DNA from: Bugula neritina
Taxonomy: Eukaryota > Animalia > Bryozoa
Reading direction: 5' to 3'
Length of the DNA: 64,000 bases
Assembly: GCA_964035545.1 (NCBI GenBank)
Contig: OZ037765.1
Location: forward strand, 5,962,698-6,026,697
This document shows positions 1 to 17,800 of the stretch, piece by piece. The position numbers and the translations under genes were made by a program. The notes under the pieces were generated by a model. The model was given only the letters and a program-made list of their open reading frames with translations. It was not told the DNA's origin and ran no database searches. How positions within the stretch are numbered: the first letter of the stretch is position 1; each line of letters begins with the position of its first letter.

Positions 1-675
1 GAAAATTTCATGGTAGCTTTAGAAAACAAAAGTAGAAATAACCTAATAAATTAGTAAAAACAGTTAATGGATAATAAAATAATGGAGGATCAAACTAGCG
101 GAAAAAAACTTGTTTCAGTGTTTAGGAACCAGACAGGCTTATTATGAAAGCCTGGACATCTGCCTTAAGGTTTAACATGTTAGTATTGACTTGGGTTTAA
201 GAACAAAACAACGAATGAATATTAAAACCATATGTATGCCTTCTTTTTTTAAATAGTCTACATATTTAAAATTTCCCAGCTCACAATCTGCTATTTGAGA
301 TCCAATTGGATTTTAAACTTCTCATTTTCGAAACTGGACTTTTAAATTTTGATCTGTCTGTTTAAAAATATTTTTGAAAGTCGTTTTATCCGAAACAATC
401 ATTACTCTGATAACTTTAACTTACCACCTAGAGCTGTTTGTTATTCTAAGCTTTAGATTTATATTATTAGCTTCTGAAGAATTTAAATATCAAGTAAAGC
501 ATTTTTAATGCTCAGAAGAATGCAAAGCTAGGCAATACTCTTAGCTATTTAGTAATCATATACCCCACTTTCTAAATTAATGTGAATACAGTTTAGTAGA
601 CTTTTTTCTTACCAAATGTTTGCTTCTGATACACGGGTCTACACACGTTATGTCTTATTTATATGGCTATTCTAG

Positions 676-787
676 CACACCCTCACACACCCACACACCC
701 TCACACACCCACACACACACACCCACACACACACACCCACACACACACACCCACACACACACATCCACACACACACACCCACACACA
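676..787. repeat. Imperfect (CA)n/(CACACC)n microsatellite
   Basis: Visible run cacaccctcacacacccacacac... It produces the spurious HT- and VC-repeat ORFs 620..814 and 672..881. Confidence 0.95.
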
Positions 788-2031
788 ATCTCCCTGGGGT
801 GTGTGTTTGGGTAAAACAACTACATGTCTTTTTTCCATGTAAATGTTCATGTTTTTTAATTGCAAGTGTTCTAGCAGCCATGAAAAAGGTTTTTTCTTTA
901 GATAAATCTGCTAGTCAAAACCTCAACTCTGCAAATCATAAAGGCATTGCAAAATAAAAAATTCATATAAATTGAGGTTCAACATCAGGTAATATATGCT
1001 AACTTTGTAATTTGAATGAGCATGCAACATGCTTTTTCTTGGTTATAAAAACAACCGAACAGTACTTAAACAATAACTAATTAGGGACAAAGAAAAGTAA
1101 ATGCTCCAGTTGCTTGCAGCTTCAGTTACTCTAATAACCCTACCGGGAGAAGGTTAGTAAATGGCAGACAAAGGTTTTTTTTAGAAAACTACGTGGTGTG
1201 AAATACAAGCTTCAAGTTTTATTCAACAGTACAGCAGCCGGTTAAATAACAAGTAATTGTAAGCAAGCTTACTCAGTATGCTATTTGTAAAATATAGCAG
1301 AAACAGCAATAAGTGTAAAATTATAACTATTATATTAGACTGCAATGTTTTATGCAAGACATATTTGGTGAGAGTAATTAACCTTGCTGTATAGTTCTCA
1401 AGTTATTAAATTGTCATGGAATATTTGTCTAAAGTCAATGATGACCTTGAAGGTGTTATCTATGCATCATCAGTTATTTGTTTTTTCATATGGTGTGGTG
1501 CAGCTGCCTTACAATTTAATTATTGCACTACAAATCAAATCTTTTGATATCTTGTTATTTAAAATAATATCTTTATATTTTGCAGAAAATATTTCATTAA
1601 CAAACTAAGCTATGGACTTTTAGATGTTGTAGTTATCAGCATGAGTTGAAAGTATATTATTGTAGCATACAATATAATAGTTTTGCATTATTCTAAAAAC
1701 CTCAAATTCAGTTGCAAGTCAATTATGTAACATAGTCACACACCTGCTTTAACTTTCTTTTGCAATAGTATTCCTTTTTCCTAGTTATCCTATTATACTG
1801 TACTATCATAAAAATAGTTCATTTCATATATAAGGCAGATATTAATTTAACTCTGTTTCTGGAATAAATGTTTAAAGTTATCAGTGTGTATTTCCAGATT
1901 ATTTTTATTATAAGTATGCGTTTTTCTGTGTAGTTCTATGACTTCTGTCTTGTAGACTGTAAAATATAGAGATCAACAAAGAGCCACTTTTCTTCTTTGT
2001 TATTAGATCTGTAATATAAAAAAAAGGAAAA

Positions 2032-7774
<5,743 letters not shown>

Positions 7775-8829
7775 GTAACTATATGCATGTGTGTCACTAT
7801 TGTGCATGAGGGCACAATTGTTGGACAATTCTTTCTTGACAAAAGACTAGCCAGTCTGCCTATTTCAGTAATTATGCCAACTGATGATTAGTAAAAGTAA
7901 TTTATTTATAGTTGATAATTTATTTATATATTCTGACTAACTCATCTCATGAATCTCTATCTCTTCTCTGATTGTTACATAATGCTCTTTTACAGGCACG
8001 CATAGTGTATTATTTTTATATTGGGTATACTACTTATATAAGAATAATTTTACTTGTTGTAATCTCATAATTATTTAGACAGTGTGACTGTGCGATTTTT
8101 GCTCACTTTTATTCGATTGACATCTCAATTTTATGAACAGGCAACTGTTTTCCAGCAACTTTAACTCTCGCAATGTTTTATTTAATTAATGTGAGGCTAA
8201 TTCATTCCCAATGACATTGAAAAGGGCTAGATGCCTGTGATTGGAAAATTACATCATAAAGTAAAAAAATTACTCAAGTGTTAAGCTCTTACTAATGTAC
8301 TTGATGGCTTAAACCAAAACACATTCCCTTATAAACTTTTTTATTCAGCTGAGACCAACTTTATATTCTCAATGTATTTTAATATTTGCTGATGAAAGTT
8401 GCTCTATTGTTTTTTTCTGAACGATTTTTCTTTTTACATGCCATTAATTAATAATTAGATTGAATTTTGATTTGTCACAAGTTTTAAACGGCAGTCCATA
8501 ATATTGATATCAAGTTTTTATGACATTAGAGACAAAATAGGTGGTATATTACATCAGTATAGTTTATTCAGAGTGTATTCTACTGGCAGCTCAAAATAAA
8601 TAATAATGCATGCAGACAAGTATCACTTGTTAACACATTTTCTTGCTGTCTAGTGTTTTCTATTCTATATACATTGACCTCTATTTTAATCACCAATCAC
8701 TTCTAACCATCTGCTACTTTACTAGTGCCACTCTCTTTAATATGTTGCCACACTATCTCACTTTACTATAACCACTTACCAAGAAATCTCAACTGTTAAA
8801 GTGGCTAAGTGGTCTGTCCACTGCTGCCG

Positions 8830-8870
8830 TATATAAATGGTCAGCACTTGGCTGATGCTGTCACCATTCC
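8830..8870 (+). promoter_or_regulatory. TATA box and probable initiator of the SCO-spondin-like gene
   Basis: TATATAAA at 8830-8837 and an Inr-like CCATTC about 30 bp downstream. The ATG at 8894 is in a favourable context (aaacATGG). Confidence 0.6.
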
Positions 8871-8893
8871 TTCGTTGCTCACACAGAGCAAAC

Positions 8894-11800
8894 ATGGACT
8901 GGTTGCTGTACCTCCAAGTTGTTCTGTGTGTGGGAGTATTGCCATCATTCGCACAGTCGCTAGTGTAAGTTGTAGTCTTATGTTTTACTATCTCATTTAT
9001 AATTTGTCTAAATCGAAGATTATATGCATTTACAAAAAAAATTCATCATGTTATTTGTATTATATATATGTAAAAATATTTTGAGGTTTATGTTTGAGTA
9101 TAAGTGTTTATGTATGATAATTTACTAAATAGTTTTATAAATAAAATAGTTGATCGTGCATATAATATTCAATATTGTTATGGTTACAAAATTTTCTTTT
9201 TGTACGACTGCTCCAAAAACTTATTCATATGCTGATAAATTGCCTTGCAGGAAGCATGAGTGTGTGAACACAGTGTATAACCAGGTGACTCGAAAGGAAA
9301 GCTGCTCCAACTACATCCTGTATATTCTGGAAGGGTTTCAGCTCGACCGTGATAGGACGCCTGGTCTGAGTGCTCTCTCCGACGAAGATCTGCAGAAAAA
9401 GATTTATGACTGGTCTGTTTCTCCTAAAGCCCCAGATTGCTATTTCGCAAAGTAAGTTATTTTAGAATTAATTTAAAAAACCTTGACCTTTGCAATAATA
9501 TGAGCTATAGTGTGCCATGGTGTCAATATGTCATGTGTATTGTTCTGCTGTTTGCAGATGGGTGTCTGAAGAGAAGACAGGGTGCTGTCCAGGTTATATT
9601 GGTGAAGAATGTACCCAGGGTAGGTCTACTTTGTTGTATAGTTTTGCTAAAGAAAGTTTGATTTCTGAGAAAATGCCTGAGTAGTATATTTTATGCATTA
9701 GTAGATATTGTGTTTTTTTAAATTGCAGCTGTTTGTGAACCTGAATGTGTAAACGAAGGCTTCTGCATAGAACCCAGTATCTGTAGCTGTCCCGAAGGTT
9801 ACACAGGCTATCGATGTGAAGATATTATTGCAGGTAAGAAGTTGGTTTATGAAATAAGTTAATAGCTTATTTATATGTTGTGTAACGGCAAGTATATTAA
9901 AACAATCTTCTATATATAGTAATATATTTTATATCATAACCAAATTTATATTCTTCATTTTAATTACAAAATTATGTTTTACTTAAAAAGTATTTATTTG
10001 CGATTTAGTCGTAAGAAATATTTTCAACTTGGTATGTTTGCTTCTTTTCTCAACCATCTGTTTCGTAGATGTGACTGAGGACAGGAAATACTGTTACAAG
10101 TTTCCTAAATGCTTCGGTGAGAAGGAGAGCACCAGTCAACAGAGAGTGGTTAGCTTTGAGGAGTGTTGCCAAGTCAATGGTGGTGGAAGTTGGGGTCTAG
10201 CTGATGGGGCATGCATGCCGTGTAAAGGTAAGTAATTCTAGAGTGTTGGGTGATAGTTACAGTTAGTTTTAGTTAGTTGAACTAACGAAAATATTTGTTT
10301 ATGTAAATTTTTATCGGTGTGAAGATAGCTATATTCCAATATTATGTGTTTGCACTATTCAATGATGAAAAAAAATGATTTCATACAAAGCAAGTTATTT
10401 CAATTTGAAGTTTTTGTCTAAAAACATTTTGTTATTATGTTGACAAATCTGTTGTCAACAATTTATGTAAATACTAATTGATTGCTTTAGAATGTCTTAA
10501 TGTTATGTTCATAGCCAACGTAGTTGAGAAAGAAGTAAATCTTGCCTTTTCAACTTGTCTGAACTTTGGTACAAACTACTGGAGGACATTTGACGGTTTA
10601 GAGTATCAGTTCAATGGACAGTGTAAATACATCATGGCCAAGTCTCAGCAGTGGCATGTCAATGTAAAACTAGTTGGCTGTAACAGCTTTAGAACTTGTA
10701 GGAAGGTATGTTGAAATAAGTATGTAACTCGCGGTTAGTGTAAGTTTATTGTAAATGGGGCAGTCATCTACTAAGTATAGTTCACATTATATAGTAATTT
10801 GAATTTTTATACCCTGCTGACAATTATTGCGGTTCTATATAAGCGTATTGTTTAGGGCATGATGTGATTTTACTTTACAGGAACTTGACATGGTGTTCAA
10901 TACGCTACACATTGTAGCCCAGGGGGATAGCATCTCTCAGGGAAACGGAGTCAAAATCCTAATCAATGAAACTAATGGCTTTTCATCCAATATTGGAGGT
11001 AAATGCAATTTTCACCATACAATAATGTATACTAGTTGTAATTTTAGTAGAATATCATGTTTTTAACCTTTCAGCAATTATAGATATTGTTGCCATGTTT
11101 AAATTTTTGAGAATAAGCTCATGAAATTGGTTCTAGCTTATTAATTTTCAAAATAGGGTAAGTTTAATTTAACTTTTCAACTAATTTTCTATTCATGAAA
11201 AGTGTGAATGTTAGGATGAGAACAGGCAAAAAAACCATACTCTATTATTTATACCTGTTCTCAGCTTACGTTGCAAGAGCAGATAACTACTAAAATTATT
11301 CTGCTTTCAGTTATGAATTTTACTTGAATCTGTTTTTCTTTTAGGAGTATCAATAACGAGAGCTGGTAATTATAATTGTTTGGTTGCCAGTAACAACGAA
11401 GAAGAGATCAAAGTGAAATGGGATGCAAATAACACTGTGTATGTAACAGTAACTGGAGAGCACAATGGTAAACACATCAGGGGGATGTGTGGTAATAATG
11501 ATGGTAACCCTGCAGTAACCAGTGAGTCACATTTAGTTACACATAATTTTATATCAGCGATAAAACTTATACACTTCTATTGTATATAATATGTATCATA
11601 TAATATACTTTTCATGTAAGCTTTACATATGCTCATGTTTACATTACGAAATTCATTAGATTTGCAAAATATTCTTTGATTAATTCTTTTTTATAAAAAT
11701 AGTTTTGTTTCACACATAATATTTGGTTTGTTAATTTTTTTGTGAAACAGAATCAGAACGTATTAGTTTAGAATACAATATTTGTGTATATTTGGAGTTT

Positions 11801-14800
11801 TCTTACCAGGTTCTAATTAGTATTATATACAATTTTAGATGAGTTTATTCAGCAGGTTGGCCTAATTGCCACAAACCCAGTAGCTTTTGGCAACGGGTGG
11901 GATATCACCAGTGAAGATACTAACGTATGTACTCTGAGCTTTTAATTTTGCTGACTACTCATTTTACAGTGGTAACGGTCTCAAAAAAATGTTATGCATA
12001 TTTCTTGTACATGCTACAATTGAAGAAATCTCAAAATGACTAATAGTAGCACAATAAGTCTGAGCAAATAAATATGTGTTTGAATATAGATTAAAATTGA
12101 TTTCAATAAAAGTTAAGTTAAAATTTTAAGAATCTAGGCTTTAACAACCTGCTAACTTCTGAATTATATTTTAATGTAACTTATCTATATTTTAAACATA
12201 GTTTAAATTAGTTATGTTACAATAACACTTGAGATACAAGTTACTGCTAGAAATATTAGCTGCAGTTGTCTATTTACTCTACATAACTAACTATATATTG
12301 TTCAAGTGTGCCAAGGGAACTACTGAACCCTATCATTGTAAAGATAAGGATGTGACAGAGGATGCCGAGAGAGCCTGTCAGCATTTGAAAAGTTTTACCT
12401 TTGCCCCTTGTCACTCTAAGGTGTGTTTTTAATACAGTGAATTCAAGTCAGCATATTGTACTTTTAGAGTATGCATTGTTTGTATGATAGTATGCCAATG
12501 TATTTGACAAAACGTTGATTCAAACCGAACTCTCATTTGGATGCAAGAAGTCTTAGTTAGATTCCATTATGCAAAAACATAGCACTGTTCTACTGCATAA
12601 TGAGTTCTGTTAAATTAAAAGCATCAAAAAGTTTAGTAACTTTCGGAAAAGCAAAGTATGAAACTAAATCTTGATTTATATTTTTAAAATGGTGAATAAA
12701 CCTGCTGGTGCAAGATGCATATTGAAATTTTATTGTCCGCATAAATTTATCAATACCTTGCCACTACCTGCCAACACCTGCCACTATCCTGCCAACACCT
12801 GCCAATATCCTGCCAATACCTGCCAACACCTGCCAATATCCTGCCAACACTTGCTAATATTGGCTAATAATTGTCATTATCTGAACAGGTTGATGTGAAT
12901 CACTGGTACAAAATATGTATGACAGACTACTGCTTGGCCGCGCAGACTGCAGGCGATGATCCACAGGGGGTTGTCTGCACTACACTTTCTAACTACGCCC
13001 ACCTCTGTGCTCAACGCAACACCGTAATAGAATGGAGGACTTCCTCTTTATGTCGTAAGTTTTTATGTACAATATGAGATTTACCTGCTACCGGTACACA
13101 GATGAGCAGTATGGGAGTTATCTGCTGCCGGTACACAGATAATGGACTGTAGTTGTCAGATTGATAAAATTTCTTTTGACTCTTTTATTTCTGCTAAAAA
13201 AGTTCCAGTTGAGTTTAAAAAATTTTCTTCTTTTTTTGTGAAAAAAAAGTGACTGAGAAAATTAGGTTGTTTTCCATCATTATGGCTTTCAATAATTATT
13301 TTTAATTGTAAATGCACTACATTCTAAATGTGCTATTATGTTGTTTATTCTAAATACAATAGGACATTAATTTACAAACTGGTCACATTTCCACATCACT
13401 GCATGATGTGTATGTACATGTTATTATAGCCAAGGAATGCCCAGAAGGTATGATCTATACTGAGTGTGGGTCACCATGCCCCCACACTTGCGCCAGCTTG
13501 TACATGATGGCTGTGCAGAAGTGCAGCATGGACTGTGAACCCAAGTGTATGTGCAGACCTGGCCTCTTCCTACACAATGGCCAATGCGTGGAGCGCGGTG
13601 AGTGCCCCTGCATGCACCACAGACAGGAGTACCCTCATGGGGAAGTCATCAAGATGGGCTGCAATGATTGGTATGTGTCTCGTTCTGGGAATTGATTTGC
13701 TGTTTTTAATATTATTTCTGTTTTTTTCTCAACACTTTATGTCCATGCATTGCTTTTGCCTCACTTTCCTGTTTTCTTCCTTTGCTATGATAACTGTTTG
13801 TCCTATTTGAATTAATCTGTACTTGGTTTATTTACTTAAGAGATGATACATGAATATGCTAGTATATGCATAATTTGTATTCTGCATAAAAAACAAAAGA
13901 GTATACGTTTTTCAGTTACTTATTTACTTATTGAATAATTTTATGTTATTTTGTTGATCCGCAAATTATATTGATTGCAACTCACTATGGTGCGCAAACA
14001 GGAATATTATATATACTTCAGTGAGTGTACCGAAGGCAGGTGGAACTGCACCCAAAATCCTTGTCCAGCCACATGTCAGGTTGTCGGGGCTCTTCACTAC
14101 ATCACCTTTGACTCCCTTCACTATAGTCTGGGAGGCAAGATGTGCTACTATGACCTTGTTCGGGTCAGTTGCATTTTATACTCATTTATTATCCTTGCAT
14201 TACAAATATGTGCTTTGCTATTTTAATAACACAACCGAAAAACTAAACTAAAAAATTAATACGAAAATTATTAAAAATCAATTACTGGTTGAAAATAGAT
14301 TAAAGTTCCAATGAAATTAAAAAATGCGTGCAGGTAACTGAAAGCAATATTTTTAATTTGAATTTGTTTTCTCTTTTCTATTGTAGCCAAATCCCGAATA
14401 TCAGTCGGATCCACGAATAAATCTCGTTGTCTCTGCCTTGCATGACAAGTGTTCTGGCGATGGGGGGACGAGTTTGTGTGTCAAGACTGTCAGAATTGTT
14501 TTCAGAAACATCACAATATTCCTAGAGCAGGTAACTCCTATTAAAAATTCATATACCCAGAGTGGGTAACTCCTATTAGAGTGTAGTATTCTTAGAGCAG
14601 GTAACTCCTTTTAAAAATTCATATACCAAGAGTGGGTAACTCCTATTAGAGTGTCATGCTCCAGTCTAAAAGTTGTGTCTTTGAGGTAAAATAATAAACA
14701 CCATTAAATGGATTATTTATACATGATTTCTATTTTTATGCTATATATTGTTTACAATGATTGCAATCGTATTGCTCTTATTTGTAATGTTTAGTCCGGT

Positions 14801-17800
14801 ATTGCAACATTTGATTTAAAATAAAAGTACGGTTTTATGGCTGCAATTTTATTGCGCTGAATGTAATATGCTGTTTTTCAACATTTGCTTTTTTGAAGTA
14901 AGATTGCATATTTCTTAAAAACTGTTTTAGCTTTTTTTATATTGATGGTTCTGTCTTTATCTCTGTAAAACTTTTTAATTACACCAATGTTTTACAGGGT
15001 GGTGAAGTGACCATAGATGATGAAAGCTTCACTGATATCTTACCCTACATTACTGGACATGTTCATGTTAAGAGAGCTACATCTCAGTTTGTGGCAGTAA
15101 CTGGGTTTGGTTTTTATATTCTTTGGGATGGTGTTTCTACCCTGTATATCACTCTAGACCCTTTCTTTGTAAACAAGGTTAGTGAATTCTTTCATTGATG
15201 AGACTATGAACATTTCTCTATGGCTACTTCAGTTATTCAAAAGTTGGTTGATTAAAGTTTCTCAAAAAGGTTCATCATAATTTTTATAACATTTTCATTG
15301 TACATGTATATGTATTGCTTTTGAATATGGCTACCTGTTAGATCAATAGCTCTCCAGGTCAGGAGGTGAGAATATTACTTGTGAATTTCAAGAAAAAGTG
15401 AATGCATTTTAAACAAAGGATTTACCTGTTTGTTTATTTGCAGGTGAAAGGATTGTGTGGAATGTACGACAGATTCTTGTTGAATGATTTTACCACCGAG
15501 AATGGCATCATGGAGTCCGTAGATCAGTACTTTGCTGACAACTTCCTGTCTGACCCATCTTCATGTAACAGCGACTCACTTAGTCTTCAGAGCTCACCAT
15601 GTGATGAGGACGTTGACGTAGGTGTTTGGCAGTGCTTATGTGATGGTATTGACTTGTAATTTAAGCAACATGTGACTTGCTTATTTGATATTCAATATTC
15701 AAGATTATTTACATTGATTAGACTATTTGTTCAAATGTTATTGTATATCAACTGTGTGTTTTAACACTATCTCGGTTTTAATGCGAACATCCTGTTTTTT
15801 ATAGCCTATATCATAGATAATTCTTTCATAAACGCAAGCATTTTTATATCACAAAACTACAATGCGTTATTTTATGTATTTTAAATTTTATTTCATACAT
15901 TTGTAAAATAAGCTTGCGGTAATTGGAAATATTTTAGTATTTTGTTGTTGATTTGTAGTTGAGAATAAAAGCGCTGCAAGTGTGCAAGTTGCTTGAATCG
16001 AATGCGTTTGAGGAGTGCTGGAGTGTGGCAGCCTTTGAATACTACTACGCACGTTGTATGAGGGACTACTGTATGCGAGGAGATGCCTCAGACGCACCTC
16101 TGTGTACGCACGCGGCAGCTCTGGCCAGGGAATGTGCCTTAGAGGGAATCTATATCGATTGGAGAAAGCATCCATTAGCAGTTGATAAATGCTGTAAGTT
16201 GCTGTTTAGCTTAATGTAGATGCCTTAATTTATAATAGCATTAGTGCTCCTGCCGTATCTCACTAAGCTACGGGCCCCGAAATTTCTCATTTTGTCTTTA
16301 TACACACAAATCGGAGGGGGGGGGGTTCAAGCCCTTCTCATGAGCTATAGAATTTCGTGGGGAAAGAAATTGTGAGATACTTTGGATTTTGATTCAATTA
16401 TTTCTTTTCCAGTTGTCTCTTTTTTGTTTTTACTTTTAAAGGCATATAATAACACTTCAGCATTTTGGGGTATGTGTCACGGCATTTATGTAAGTGTATC
16501 TTAAAGATGATTCAACTTTTTTGCCTGCTGCTTATAACACTTCAATTTATGGATTACTACATGCTGCAATATAATTTGTTTCTAGCTGTCGAATGCCGTC
16601 AAGGTAGTAATTACAATGAGTGTCACAATGACTGTGAAAACTCGTGTCAACACATAGAAGACAAGTCTTTCTGTCATGACACCTGTGTCAGTGGGTGTCA
16701 GTGTGACCAAGACACATATCTTGACAACGATGGTATGTGTGTAGAGAAAAAGTACTGTCCGTGCTACAGCACATATGACGGGTCTCACACGCCAATAGGT
16801 CCCGACAGCACCATTCAAATCAACTGCGCCAATTGGTTAGATTCTACATTGTCACTTTATGGATAATTTTGTCAACATGCTCATATATATTGCTACTAAT
16901 TTAAAGAAAATGTTAGAGGTAAAATTAATTGTTGAAAAAAAAGATCCAATCCTTTTGAATATATCACACGCACAGGAAGACACATGTCTGTGAAATGTCT
17001 CTGTTGCAGCACTTGTACCGATGGAAAGTTGCAGTGCGGAGAGTCGAAGTGTGATGTAGCCGTTTCCTGTCCCAACAACCAGGTGTATAGAGAAGACCTT
17101 CCCGCATGTGGCAGAACTTGTGTGGATGCCAACCGCGCAGACGTCTGCAAGGAAAAGAAAAAGTTTAAAGGATGTGGATGTGTAGATGGCTTGTTTCTAA
17201 ATGAAAAGGTTAGTTCTACTCCATTCTGTTAACAAGTTCTGGATACTTTAAAGGGAAACATAGCTGTAGCAAGCTGTAAATCTATGAGTATATTTTATGT
17301 GTAGATTCATTATTGATTGATTATGATAAACTTAGTTTAATAATTCAAATAATTTAAATAAATATTGTCTGGTCTTTACTGAATGTTTTATGATTATTTA
17401 TTGTTGCTTTGAGTTGCCACTGCTCTATTATGCCTAATGCTCCTGACACCATCTTTTCGTGACTTCAGTTTTTATATTGATTGTTGGTGCTGAATAGAAA
17501 AAGAAATCTCGCTATGTATCTGTAGGGTGTCTGTGTTGAACACTATGACTGCTCTTGTGTACACGGGGGAGAGTTCTTTGAAAAAGGAGCTACTCATAAT
17601 GTTGGCTGTAAAGAATAGTAAGTCATCCTTTTCCAGTAGCAGGAGAAGAAAAACCTTACGATGATTTATTTACCTTTGCATTTTGCTCATTTAATACTTT
17701 TTACTTGTCATTGTAGTTTTTATTGTCACAGTATTAATCTTTTACTTACTTTTGTAAATGCTGCATAACGTTGTGCTATTGTTAGTACTTGTCGAAACGG

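Noticed and set aside
126-169. Possible small exon (tttag|GAACC...CTTAAG|gttt) of an upstream gene or TDH 5' UTR
   Set aside because: Too short, with a weak donor, no recognisable protein motif and no partner exon identified.
620-881. His/Thr-rich and Val/Cys-rich short ORFs
   Set aside because: They are translations of the CA microsatellite.
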